A stretch of 63,737 nucleotides of DNA, the filler included, from a bacterium (GTDB lineage: Bacteria > J088 > JAWLBW01), in the NCBI GenBank assembly GCA_041690355.1. It is 3 parts of 3 records of this genome, joined end to end, with 100 filler letters (N's around TTAATTAATTAA, not from the genome) between each part and the next. Parts side by side here need not be neighbours in the genome. Positions count along the whole stretch, not along the records: positions 1 to 25,688 come from JAWLHK010000034.1; positions 25,789 to 46,521 come from JAWLHK010000035.1; 1 more part is not named here. The stretch is one strand, 5' to 3'. The translations under genes were made by a program, and so were the position numbers. Under the pieces are notes generated by a model that was not told where the DNA came from, made no database searches, and was given only the letters and a program-made list of their open reading frames with translations. The stretch's first letter is position 1. Each line of letters begins with the position of its first letter. Positions 21,014-30,378 of the stretch are shown here, in pieces.

Positions 21014-21304
21014 CAGGCCGCAAGCACCGAGTGCCAAGCGCCAAGCGCCGAGCGCCAAGGGGAAGAAAGGACAGCCGGCGAGGCCCGTTCCGCCCGTCAC
21101 CTCGAGACGCTTCTTGTTGTGTACTTGCCGGCAAATCGTCAATCGTCAATCGTAAATCGTCTCAGGCCGCAAGCACCAAGCGCCAAGCGCCGAGCGCCAA
21201 GCGAAAAAAAGGACAGCCGGCGAGTCCCGTTTCGCCCCGTCACCTCGAGACGCTTCTTGCTGTGTACTTGCCGGCAAATCGTCAACCGTCAATCGTAAAT
21301 CGTC
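21014..21304. repeat. Two tandem ~145-bp units, each bounded by GCGCCAA and AATCGTC heptamer arrays
   Basis: caggccgcaagcacc...aaggacagccggcgag...cacctcgagacgcttcttg..gtgtacttgccggcaaatcgtcaa..aaatcgtc occurs at ~21014-21161 and ~21163-21304. Confidence 0.88.
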
Positions 21305-21363
21305 ATTTCGGATGACGCGCTGCGTGTTGTGATCCGGGGTTGGGCGTATGATACCCTGCTAGC

Positions 21364-22689
21364 TTGGAAACCCGATCGACCAAAGAAATCGCTGAAGCAA
21401 GCCTCGACGCGCTCGTCGCCGTCGAAGAGGGGCAGCATGCCGATCGCGCCTTGAACGAGGTCGGCAAACGGTTCCGCCTGCGCGGCATCGACCGCCTCGC
21501 CGTCAAGAATCTGCTGCACCACACCCTGCGCTGGCGCTCGCGCTTCGACGCCGTGCTCAAGCATGACGCGGGCGTCTGGGCGAATCCGATCTGCGAGAAC
21601 GCGGCGCGCCTCGCGCTGTCGTCGGGCTTTACGCAGGACGCCGATCCCGAACTGCTCACCGCCATCTCGGCCACCCTGGCCGAGCGCGGCCACCGCCGGG
21701 CCTCGCGCCAGCTCATCTCGCTCGCCCGCAACGCCTCGCAGCTCCCCCTGCCCGAGGCCACGAGCTCCGTCGCGGCGAACGCCGAAACCTATGCCCATCC
21801 CGAGTGGATGGTCGAGCTGTTCGCCGAGCGGTTCCCCGAAGATTACCCGCGGCTCCTGGCGGCCAACAACACCGAACCGCCCACGACCCTGCGCGTGAAT
21901 CCGCTCAAGACGACACCCGAGGCCCTTCAGGAGCGGCTGCGCGCCGAGGGGGTCGAAACGGAATTCGGATCCTATTCCCCGCTCGCGCTGCGCCTGACCG
22001 CGCCCGCCGACATCTTCCGCACGGCCGCCTTTCAGGAAGGCCTGTTCGAGATGCAGGACGAGGGGAGTCAGCTCATCGGCTGGGTCGCCGACCCGAAGCC
22101 GCGCGGGCTCGTGATCGACGCCTGCGCCGGCGCCGGCGGAAAAACCCTGCTGCTTGCAGGGCTCCTGAAGAACCGCGCCCGCATTCTGAGCGTCGACATT
22201 TACGACAACAAACTCACGCGTCTGCGCGAGCGTGCGCGCCGGGCCGGCGTCAGCAACATGCAGGCGCGCGTGCTCACCTCGGGCGGCCTGGAAGGGGACC
22301 TCATCGGGGCCGCCGAAGCCGTGCTCGTCGACGCGCCCTGTTCGGGCCTCGGGGCGCTGCGGCGCAACCCCGATTCGAAATGGCGCCTGCAGCGCGACGC
22401 CATCGACGAGCTGGCTGCACGCCAGTACGGCATCCTCTCGCTCTGGGCCCAGGCCGTCAAGCCCGGCGGTCTGCTCGTCTACTCGACCTGCACGCTGACG
22501 CATCAGGAGAACGAGGCGGTCGTCGAAAAATTCCTCATGCGCCACCCCGAATTCACCGTCGAGCCGGCGTGCGCCCGTTTTTTTGCGCATGCCGAGCGTT
22601 TCCAGACGCCCGACGGATACTTTCTGGCGCTGCCGCATCGCGACGAGACCGACGGCTTCTTCGCCGCCCGCCTGCGCCGCAACCGCTGA
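21364..22689 (+). CDS. RsmB/NOP family RNA (cytosine-5) methyltransferase
   Basis: QDEGSQ, DACAGAGGKT, VLVDAPCSGLG, YSTCT..ENE and DGFF motifs; TATGAT upstream of the TTG start. Confidence 0.92.
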   Translation: METRSTKEIAEASLDALVAVEEGQHADRALNEVGKRFRLRGIDRLAVKNLLHHTLRWRSRFDAVLKHDAGVWANPICENAARLALSSGFTQDADPELLTAISATLAERGHRRASRQLISLARNASQLPLPEATSSVAANAETYAHPEWMVELFAERFPEDYPRLLAANNTEPPTTLRVNPLKTTPEALQERLRAEGVETEFGSYSPLALRLTAPADIFRTAAFQEGLFEMQDEGSQLIGWVADPKPRGLVIDACAGAGGKTLLLAGLLKNRARILSVDIYDNKLTRLRERARRAGVSNMQARVLTSGGLEGDLIGAAEAVLVDAPCSGLGALRRNPDSKWRLQRDAIDELAARQYGILSLWAQAVKPGGLLVYSTCTLTHQENEAVVEKFLMRHPEFTVEPACARFFAHAERFQTPDGYFLALPHRDETDGFFAARLRRNR

Positions 22690-22706
22690 CCGAAGGGGAG
22701 CCCGCC

Positions 22707-24014
22707 ATGGCCGTCCGCCTTGCCGCCCGCATGCTGCCGTTCGCGTTTCTCTGGACGATGCTCGTCGGCGCCGTCTGCGGAAGCACGCCGAAGGGCCCGC
22801 CGCTGAAGATCGCGGTCGATGTCCATGGGCGCACGCTCGCCTGGGAAGAGCCGGCGCGCTTCGCGGCCGCCCCCAAGGACTGGAACGCCCTGACCGAAGC
22901 GGCCGAGCGGGAAGCCGGCCCGGCTGCGGACGCGATCCGGGCCTTTGCGAAAGCCCACGGTCTCGACGATTACGGCGTGCTCCTCGCGGTGCGCGCCCTC
23001 GCCCTGTCGATCCCCGACGGGCCGGCGACGCGCCCCGTCCGATTTCAGGAAGCCCAGGGGCTGACGTGGAATCAGGGTTCGCGCGCGGCCTTTGCGGCCG
23101 GCCTCCTGCAGCGTCTCGACATTCCGGCGGCGCTCTTCCACTCCGGCGACACCTGGCTGGTGGGGCTACCGGTCGCCGACACCGCTCCCTTCAACGCCCG
23201 TACCCAGACGGTGACGGTTCAGCGCAGCACTCCCTTCGGCGGCGACCGCTCGATCACGCGCGCCTTCCTGCTCTGGGACATCGCAAACCGCATCGGCGAT
23301 CCGCCGCTCGGGCGCACCGCGCGGCCCGAGCTGCGCACGCCCCTGCCCGACATCATGGACCGCGCCGACGGTCGCCCGCTGCGTCTGACGGCCTACCGCG
23401 TGCCCGCTTACGTGAACCGCGACGCCGAGCCGGTTCTCTTCGCGCTCGCCGACGGCCGGGCGGTATCCTACGACGTGTTTCCCGCCGTCGCCGACTACCT
23501 TTCACTGTTCCCCGAGCGCCACTTCGCCGCGCAGGTACTGGCCGAACGCGACGAGCTGCGCCGCAGCGGCCTGGGCGAGCGGCTGGCCGCGCTGGCCGAC
23601 AGCGATGAAGAGCGCTTCGTCACGGGGCTGCTGCGGGGCATTCAAGCGCATTTCGAGTACGTTGAAGGACCGCTGCGGACCCTTCCCGAAATCCTGCGCG
23701 ACCGCCGCGGCGACTGTGACCAGATCGCCATGGTGCTCGCCCTGACGCTGCTCGACGTCGGATACCCGCCCGAGGCCATGCGTGCGGTGCTCTGGGAGAG
23801 CGCCGCCCATCTCGGGCTCGCGCTGCGGCCGCGGGCGAAGGCCCCTGCGACGCCCGAAGCGATGCACTACCAGATCGACGGCAAGCCCTACTATGTACTC
23901 GACGCCACCTACTACCACCGGCGCGAAGACGAGCTGATCACGCAGTGGGGCGAAATGAATCCCGACAACCGGCAGCGCACCGCCCAGCTGTTCACCCTCG
24001 AGGCGCCGCAGTGA
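22707..24014 (+). CDS. Exported protein with C-terminal transglutaminase-like Cys-His-Asp domain
   Basis: GGGGAG SD; signal/lipobox-like N-terminus; RRGDCDQ, AHLGLAL and YYVLDAT motifs. Confidence 0.6.
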   Translation: MAVRLAARMLPFAFLWTMLVGAVCGSTPKGPPLKIAVDVHGRTLAWEEPARFAAAPKDWNALTEAAEREAGPAADAIRAFAKAHGLDDYGVLLAVRALALSIPDGPATRPVRFQEAQGLTWNQGSRAAFAAGLLQRLDIPAALFHSGDTWLVGLPVADTAPFNARTQTVTVQRSTPFGGDRSITRAFLLWDIANRIGDPPLGRTARPELRTPLPDIMDRADGRPLRLTAYRVPAYVNRDAEPVLFALADGRAVSYDVFPAVADYLSLFPERHFAAQVLAERDELRRSGLGERLAALADSDEERFVTGLLRGIQAHFEYVEGPLRTLPEILRDRRGDCDQIAMVLALTLLDVGYPPEAMRAVLWESAAHLGLALRPRAKAPATPEAMHYQIDGKPYYVLDATYYHRREDELITQWGEMNPDNRQRTAQLFTLEAPQ

Positions 24015-24643
24015 GCGCCGTTTTTCCCGTCGGACTGCGCTTGGAGGGGCAGGCCGTCGCGCTCGTCGGCGGCGGCGCCGAGGCAGCCGAGAAGGCCGCT
24101 CGCCTGCTCGACGCCGGCGCCCAGGTCGACCTGTATGCGGAATCGATTGAGGATTCCGCCCTGGCGGAACTCGTCACCGCAGATCGTGTGCGCCAGGCAG
24201 GAACGCACCTGGATGCCTCCGAAGTCGGCCGCTATCGCATGGTCGTCTCCACCGTGCTCGACCGGGAGACGAGCGAGTCTCTGTCGGCGGCCTGCCGCCG
24301 GGCCGGGGTGCTCGTGAGCTGCTTCGACCAGCCGGCGCTTTCGGACTACACTATGCCCGCGCTCGTGCGGCGCGGGGCCCTGCGCATCGCCGTGTTCACC
24401 GGCGGCCAGAGCCCGGCCCTCGCGCGCAAGATCCGCCAGTCGCTGGAACGGATCTTCGACGCGCGCTTTGAAGCGTTCCTCGATCGCCTCGGCGCGCTGC
24501 GCGAGGGGCTGCGCAGGGAAGAGCCGGACTTCGAGACGCGTAAACGGAAGCTTCTGAAGGCTGTCGAAGGGTTTTCGGTCGAGGGAGAAATCCGCTATCC
24601 GCCCGAAACTCCCGACGTCCCGCCGGGCAGAGATTCCGCCTGA
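24011..24643 (+). CDS. Precorrin-2 dehydrogenase/sirohydrochlorin ferrochelatase (CysG N-terminal/SirC-like)
   Basis: FPVGLRL, LVGGGAEA..K...LL.AGA, D.P.LSDYTMPA.V.RG.L.IAV.TGG.SPALA motifs; GTGA overlap with the upstream gene. Confidence 0.85.
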   Translation: MSAVFPVGLRLEGQAVALVGGGAEAAEKAARLLDAGAQVDLYAESIEDSALAELVTADRVRQAGTHLDASEVGRYRMVVSTVLDRETSESLSAACRRAGVLVSCFDQPALSDYTMPALVRRGALRIAVFTGGQSPALARKIRQSLERIFDARFEAFLDRLGALREGLRREEPDFETRKRKLLKAVEGFSVEGEIRYPPETPDVPPGRDSA

Positions 24644-24724
24644 GACCGGCCCGGCTGGACCGACGGTCTGCCTTCCTGCAGAATAATCACAACCGCTGCG
24701 CTTCTTCCGGAAGGACGCTCTGCC

Positions 24725-25225
24725 ATGCTCTCCCACATCTTCCACTGGTTCCACATCGTATCGGTCGTCGCCTGGATCGGCGGCATCATCTACATTCTCG
24801 CCGTCCTGCTGCCGAACATGCCGAAGGTGGCTCTGCGCGACCGGGCCAACTTCGTTCCGCCCCTGCTGCGGCGCTTTCTCGTCGTCGTCTGGACGAGCGT
24901 GACCTTGATTCTCGCCACGGGCTTCTGGCGCATCTTCGCCGTGTGGAATGCGGAGCAGGCCGCTTTCTGGGGCACGCCGCTCGGGCGCATCCTGATGGAG
25001 AAGCTGACGCTGGTGACGGCCATTCTGGTCGTCGTGGGCCTGGTCACCTTCCGCGTCGTGCCGCGGGCGATCGCGCACGTGGCGACGCACCGCAACGATC
25101 CGCCAGACGCCTATGCGTGCAAGCAGTGCGCCACCGTCATCGGCGGCATGAAGCGCCACCTGCAGGTCGGCCTCGTCTTCGCGCTCCTGATTATCTTCTG
25201 GGCGGTGCGGCTACGCGGCGGCTGA
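24725..25225 (+). CDS. CopD/DUF4149-like four-TM membrane protein with CxxC
   Basis: HWFHIVSVVAWIGG, LILATG and G.IL..KL.LV pattern; loop contains CKQC. Confidence 0.6.
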   Translation: MLSHIFHWFHIVSVVAWIGGIIYILAVLLPNMPKVALRDRANFVPPLLRRFLVVVWTSVTLILATGFWRIFAVWNAEQAAFWGTPLGRILMEKLTLVTAILVVVGLVTFRVVPRAIAHVATHRNDPPDAYACKQCATVIGGMKRHLQVGLVFALLIIFWAVRLRGG

Positions 25226-25528
25226 CAGCGACGCGCGCATCCGGACTTCGCGCGCGAGTTCGAGGGAGATTCCCATCATGTGAAAGTAGCCGGCGTGGAT
25301 CAGCGCGGTCGGCGTGCGGCGGGTCCAGACCACGGTACCCCGATACACGCGTTTGCTGTCGCCAATCTGCACCCACAGCTCGGTACCGGGCGTAAACAGG
25401 CGGCGCCCCTCGAGGCAGAAGCCGCCGCGCGAGACGTTCGTGGTGTATCCGGTATGGGGCGTCCTGGCATCGCCGTAGCGGATGCGCACCCGGCGGTTCA
25501 CTCTGGGCGAACGTCTTTCCAGCTTCAT
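25211..25528 (-). CDS. PilZ domain protein (c-di-GMP receptor-like)
   Basis: ERRSPR and NVSRGGF motifs (RxxxR, D/NxSxxG). Confidence 0.85.
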   Translation of the reverse strand: MKLERRSPRVNRRVRIRYGDARTPHTGYTTNVSRGGFCLEGRRLFTPGTELWVQIGDSKRVYRGTVVWTRRTPTALIHAGYFHMMGISLELAREVRMRASLSAAA

Positions 25529-25688
25529 CGTGCATTCCCCCTGCCCTCAGGCTAGCCTGAAAGCGGCCGCGATTTGACGCCTGGAATGCGGTTGCTGTAA
25601 ACCCCCTTGACATGGTTCCCGTTGGTGACCTGTGTGCTGAATAGTCCACCGTGGGCAGCAGGATGGAGTGGGGGAGTGGGGGAGAGGG

Positions 25689-25788
25689 NNNNNNNNNNNN
25701 NNNNNNNNNNNNNNNNNNNNNNNNNNNNNNNNTTAATTAATTAANNNNNNNNNNNNNNNNNNNNNNNNNNNNNNNNNNNNNNNNNNNN
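25689..25788. other. Artificial contig-join spacer
   Basis: N44-TTAATTAATTAA-N44 (stops in all six frames). Confidence 0.97.
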
Positions 25789-25872
25789 CACGCGAATCCG
25801 TGCAAACCGATCTCCCCCGCCTCCTCCATACCACGCGCGCAGGTGCACCACGTCGAACCCCACGGGCCCAAG

Positions 25873-26040
25873 CCCCGCGCGGGCTGAAGGAGGAGGGGGA
25901 GAAAAATCGGATCAGATAGATTGCTCCCCTTCTCCCTCCAACCGGTCCGCCGAGCGGACGTCGTATGGAGGGAGAAGGGGATGGGGGAAGTGGGTGGCAC
26001 GCACCCTCCCCCTCTCTCCCCCTCCCCCACTCCCCCCCTC
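25873..26040. repeat. REP-like palindromic repeat copy 2 plus CCCCACT/CCCCTCT array
   Basis: Matches 12-140. Confidence 0.75.
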
Positions 26041-26064
26041 CGCGAGAGAGCACGTGACCTCACG

Positions 26065-29000
26065 TCACGGCCACACCACCGCCCGCGGCGTCTCGGTCCA
26101 CGCCTTACCGTCCCCCAGGTTCCCCGCACCCCAGCAATGGAGGGTCTGATCGGTCTTCGTGGCGCAGGAATGCGAATAATTGACCGAGACATCGGCCCAA
26201 TCGGTGTCGCTGCCGACCTGCGTGAGCTGCGCGCGAGCCGTCTTGTCCCCCGTCCCCAGCTCGCCCGAGCCGTTGTAGCCCCAGCACCAGAGGGCGCCGT
26301 CGGTGCCCACGGCGCACTGGTGACCACCGGGAGAGGCGCGCACGAGAGCCCAGTTCACGCCGCCGCCCGGCTCCTGCAGGGGAACGTTGCTCGACGTGGA
26401 TCCCCAGAGGTAGCCGGCCCCCCAGCACCAGAGCGTGCGGGCGCCGGCCGTGTCGCGGATGCCGCAGGTCATCGCGCTGCCCGCCGTCACCTCGACCCAG
26501 TCGGTCGCCGAACCGGCCTGCTGCGGGCTCTTGGCGCAGGCCATGCCGAAGCAGTCGTCTGGCGAGGTGGCGCCGATGCCCAGCTGCCCCTGGTCGTTGC
26601 GCCCCCAGCACCAGAGGGTGCCATCGGTTTTGATGCCGCACGCGTGTTCGTGTCCGGCCGCCGCGCGCAGCCAGCCGGTCCCGGTTCCGACCTGCGTCGG
26701 TACGAGCACCCGCAGACTGGGCGTCGTACCGGCCCCGGCGTAGTTGTTGTAGCCCCAGCACCACAGCGACGTGTCGGCACGCACCGCGCAAGCCAGATAG
26801 CGCGTCAGCGAAAGGTCGGTCCACAGCGAGTTGGTCTCTTCGCGCAGGAAGTCGGGAGAAGAATACCAGGGCGACGCGCTGTTTCCGACAGTACCGTAGT
26901 TGTTGTAGCCTGCGCACCAGATCTCGCCGGCCTGCAGCCCGCACGTGACGCCCGACCCGGTCTCGACGGCGGTCCAGCCGGTGCCCGTCCCCGTCTGCAA
27001 CGGAACGGATCGCGCGATGGTCCCGCCGTCTCCAAGCTGCCCGTAGGAATTGTCGCCCCAGCACCAGAGCGTCCCCCCCTGCAGACCGCAGTTGTGCCCC
27101 TGGCCCGCGCTGAACCCGCTCCACAGGCTGCTGTTCACCGGAGCGGGCGTGGAGTGATCGGGCGTGGCGCCGGCCCCGAGCACGCCGCCGCTGTTGTCGC
27201 CCCAGCACCAGGCCGCCCCCGCCATATCGCGCGCGCAGGAGGAAGAAGACATGACGCCGACGCCGGAATAGGTTCCGCCCACGGGCTGGGGAAGGTACGT
27301 GCCCGGACCATTGGCAACCCCGAGCTGCCCCTGGCCGTTCGCGCCGAAACACGAGATGGCGCCCGACGTATCGATCGCGCAGGTGTGACCGCCGCTCACC
27401 GCGACATCGGCCCAGTTCGTCGCCAGCCCGACCAGCTTCGGTGCGTACTCGATGGGGAAGCTTGCGGGATCGTACCCGAGCGTCCCCTCGGTGTTGTAGC
27501 CCCAGCACCAGAGCGTGCCGCCGGTCTTCACGGCGCACGCGGTGGAGCCGCTGTTGGCAACGGTGCTCCAGTCACTGTCGGCGCCGATGCGCAGGGGGAT
27601 GTTGGAGTCTCCGCCGAAACCGAGCAGGTAACCGCCGTTGCTCCCCCAGCACCAGAGCGTGCCGTCGCGCTTCACACCGCACATGTTCGACGTCGATCCG
27701 CTGATCGACCGCCAGCCGTCGCCGGCAGAATCCACGTGCTGCGGCGTGGCGAAGGTCTGCCCGTCGACATCCCCCAGGCCCAGCCGGCCGGATTGCGCGG
27801 AACCCCAGCACCAGAGCACGCCCGCGACGTCGATGCCACACGTGTAATCGGCGGGGGCCACGACGGCCGCCCATCCCGCGCCGACGAAGACGGGCTGATC
27901 TTCCCAGGCGTTGACCGAAGCGGGGCCGAGCTGGCCCGACCAGTTTCCGCCCCAGCAGTGGAGTTCGAAGGCGTCGTTGATCAGGCAGCCGTGTTGACCG
28001 CTCGTCGCGACAAAGGTCCAGTCGGTCGCCAGCGTCCCTTCGCGCACGGCGGTCGTCGCGGGGTTGGCCGACTGCGGACCCGGTGGCCCATAGCCCCAGC
28101 AGGCGGCGGCCCCCAGGTTGTCGATGGCGCAGGCGCCCCACGGGCTCGCGCCGAGGAGCTGCCGCGCGTAGACCTCGACGGTCACCACGGTCCACGCCGA
28201 AGCAAGCGCCTGATCGTCGGTCGCCCGCACGGCAAAGGTGGCGGCGCCGGCGAAGCCGGCAGCCGGCGTGAACGTGAAGGTTCCGGCGGCGGCGTCGACC
28301 CACGTCACCGTCCCCCCGCCCGGCAGAACGGCGGATTCCCAGGTCACCGCATCCCCTTCGGCATCCGAAGCCGTCACCGTGCCCGCATACGTCTTCGCCT
28401 CGAAGACAGCGATCGGGCGCGGCCAGACCACCGGCGCGTCGTTCACGGCGTCGACGGTGATCGAGACGGTGGCGGCCGCAGAGTGAACCGTACCGTCGCG
28501 CGTCGTGAAGGTGAAGCTGTCGGCGCCGTTGTAATCCGCATCCGGCGTATACGTGAACGAGCCGGCGGACGCGAGCGCGAGCGTGCCGTGGGCGGGTCCA
28601 GTCGCGACGTGAAAGGTCAGCGCGTCGCCGTCGACGTCGCTCCCCGCGAGCGTACCCGCGTGGGGCACGTCTTCGTCGGTGCTGAAGCTGTCGCCGTCCG
28701 CGGCTGGGGCGTCATTGACCGGGCGCACGGTGATGTCGATCGTGATCGTCTCACTCTTCACGCTGCCGATTTCCGCATGCACCTGCAGGGAATCGGAGCC
28801 GTGGAAGTCGGCGGCGGGCGTGTACGTCCACGTCGGGCCATTGCCGCTCAGCGTACCCTCGGCAGGCGCGGCGTCGACGACGAACACCGGCGCGTCGTCG
28901 GAATTCTTCACCTCGGCCGTCACCGTCACGTCGATACTTCCGTCCTCGTCGACCGTCACGGCGGCGGCGGTCAGCGTGATGGCGACCGTGGCGGTCGTGT

Positions 29001-29124
29001 CGTCATCATCCGTCGTGTTGTCGGTGGTGCGCCGGGGGCCCGGATCCGAGCTCGTGCAGGCCAACGCGGCCAGCAGGGGAAACAGCAGTGCGATACGCGT
29101 CAGATGCTTTCCGTGGGTACGCAT
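26065..29124 (-). CDS. Large lipoprotein: cadherin/Ig-like (VNDAP) repeats plus RCC1/BLIP-II beta-propeller repeats
   Basis: LAALAC lipobox; PVNDAP/AVNDAP and FTYTP..DYNG.DSF Ig-like repeats; many H.C.....G.LWCWG.N..GQLG repeats. Confidence 0.85.
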   Translation of the reverse strand: MRTHGKHLTRIALLFPLLAALACTSSDPGPRRTTDNTTDDDDTTATVAITLTAAAVTVDEDGSIDVTVTAEVKNSDDAPVFVVDAAPAEGTLSGNGPTWTYTPAADFHGSDSLQVHAEIGSVKSETITIDITVRPVNDAPAADGDSFSTDEDVPHAGTLAGSDVDGDALTFHVATGPAHGTLALASAGSFTYTPDADYNGADSFTFTTRDGTVHSAAATVSITVDAVNDAPVVWPRPIAVFEAKTYAGTVTASDAEGDAVTWESAVLPGGGTVTWVDAAAGTFTFTPAAGFAGAATFAVRATDDQALASAWTVVTVEVYARQLLGASPWGACAIDNLGAAACWGYGPPGPQSANPATTAVREGTLATDWTFVATSGQHGCLINDAFELHCWGGNWSGQLGPASVNAWEDQPVFVGAGWAAVVAPADYTCGIDVAGVLWCWGSAQSGRLGLGDVDGQTFATPQHVDSAGDGWRSISGSTSNMCGVKRDGTLWCWGSNGGYLLGFGGDSNIPLRIGADSDWSTVANSGSTACAVKTGGTLWCWGYNTEGTLGYDPASFPIEYAPKLVGLATNWADVAVSGGHTCAIDTSGAISCFGANGQGQLGVANGPGTYLPQPVGGTYSGVGVMSSSSCARDMAGAAWCWGDNSGGVLGAGATPDHSTPAPVNSSLWSGFSAGQGHNCGLQGGTLWCWGDNSYGQLGDGGTIARSVPLQTGTGTGWTAVETGSGVTCGLQAGEIWCAGYNNYGTVGNSASPWYSSPDFLREETNSLWTDLSLTRYLACAVRADTSLWCWGYNNYAGAGTTPSLRVLVPTQVGTGTGWLRAAAGHEHACGIKTDGTLWCWGRNDQGQLGIGATSPDDCFGMACAKSPQQAGSATDWVEVTAGSAMTCGIRDTAGARTLWCWGAGYLWGSTSSNVPLQEPGGGVNWALVRASPGGHQCAVGTDGALWCWGYNGSGELGTGDKTARAQLTQVGSDTDWADVSVNYSHSCATKTDQTLHCWGAGNLGDGKAWTETPRAVVWP

Positions 29125-29209
29125 GGAGGCGCCCTCCTATGACATGGCATTTTGCAGTGCACCGTACCACTCGGGGGAACGATAAGCAAATGCTGCACCG
29201 CACGGTGCA

Positions 29210-29417
29210 CGCTGCTCGCCGGCGCTCGCGGGAAGGGCAAAAACAGAAAGGGGGGGAATACCCTTCCGCAACCCAGGGCTCTGCCCTGGGCAGAATGCGA
29301 ATCGCCCCTTCAGGGCTCTTCCTCAAGCGGGCCTGCACGTCGCGGAACTTCGGCAGGGCGCTGAGGAGCCCGGTGCTTGCCGGATGATCTGCCATTTGCG
29401 ATCTGCCATCTGTCATT
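29210..29417. repeat. REP-like unit B1 (CCCAGGGC-TCT-GCCCTGGG) plus CTGCCAT heptamer tail
   Basis: Direct copy at 29999-30196. Confidence 0.85.
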
Positions 29418-29497
29418 CGCGGAGCCCAGGAGAGCACGTGCCCTCACGGTAACCGCCCACCGTGACCGTGCGTACACGCCACGTGCATGCTGGAATC

Positions 29498-29938
29498 ATG
29501 GAACCCTCGGCCCGCTGGGACGACATCGGAAAACTGGTGCTTCGCTGGACCGTGGCGGCGCTCATGCTTTTCCACGGCGTCTACAAGATCGAACACGGCA
29601 TCGCCTGGATGGCGGAACCGCTGAGGCAGTTCGGCCTCCCGTTCTTCATCGGCTACAGCGTTTACGTGGCAGAGGTCGTGGCGCCCGTGCTGCTGATCCT
29701 CGGGCTCTTCACCCGACTGTCGGCGCTCGCCATCGCCTTCGACATGGTCATGGCGGTTGTCCTGGTGTTGCGCGATCAGGCCTTCACCCGCAAGGAGATG
29801 GGGGGCGGCTGGGCCATCGAGCTCGAAGCGTTCTTCTTCTTCGCCTCTCTCGCCATCGTCTTTCTCGGCGCGGGCCGGTATGCGATCGGACGACGGACTG
29901 ACAGCGGACGCCGGACGTCGGACGCCGGACGTCGGTAA
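29498..29938 (+). CDS. DoxX family membrane protein
   Basis: LVLRW..A.LMLFHG..K, AEVVAP.LL.LGLFTR, GGWAIELE and GAGRY motifs; C-terminus encoded by a CGGACGY heptamer array. Confidence 0.9.
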   Translation: MEPSARWDDIGKLVLRWTVAALMLFHGVYKIEHGIAWMAEPLRQFGLPFFIGYSVYVAEVVAPVLLILGLFTRLSALAIAFDMVMAVVLVLRDQAFTRKEMGGGWAIELEAFFFFASLAIVFLGAGRYAIGRRTDSGRRTSDAGRR

Positions 29939-29998
29939 GAACGAGAAAACCCGGTTGCTCCCCCGGGGGGCCTTGTCCCGCAAGGATTGCCAGGCGGG

Positions 29999-30196
29999 CG
30001 CTGCTTGCCGACGCTCGCGGGAAGGGCAAAACAAAAGAGGTATCCCTTCCGCTACCCAGGGCTCTGCCCTGGGCAAAAAGCGCATCGCCCCTTCAGGGCT
30101 CTTTCTCAGGCGGGAACGCGGCGCCCGTTCGGCAATGATCGACGGCAACCGGCACTTGCCGGATAATCTGCCATCTGCAATCTGCCATCGGTCATT
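29999..30196. repeat. REP-like unit B2 plus CTGCCAT heptamer tail
   Basis: Direct copy of 29210-29417. Confidence 0.85.
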
Positions 30197-30378
30197 GTCG
30201 CAACTCGTCACTCGTCACTCGGGTATAGCGCCAAGCGCTGAGCACTGAGCGCCAAACCGGCAAGGACGAAGTGTTCCAAGGTCCTTGCCGGAAACTCGTC
30301 ACTCGTCACTCGTCACTCGTCACTCCCCGGCCCCCCGCCGTCCACCCCCAACCACCCTCCATGCCATGCTGACACCAA

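Noticed and set aside
21804-22706. N-terminal 300 aa of the 736-aa ORF as a real extension
   Set aside because: It overlaps the rsmB-family gene out of frame; the SD and signal peptide indicate the start at 22707.
25530-25688. c-di-GMP riboswitch upstream of the PilZ gene
   Set aside because: I could not find the GEMM core motifs on either strand; an Infernal search would be needed to exclude it fully.
25689-25788. TTAATTAATTAA palindrome as a biological site (also 46522-46621)
   Set aside because: Identical N-flanked six-frame-stop linker at both positions: an assembly concatenation artefact.
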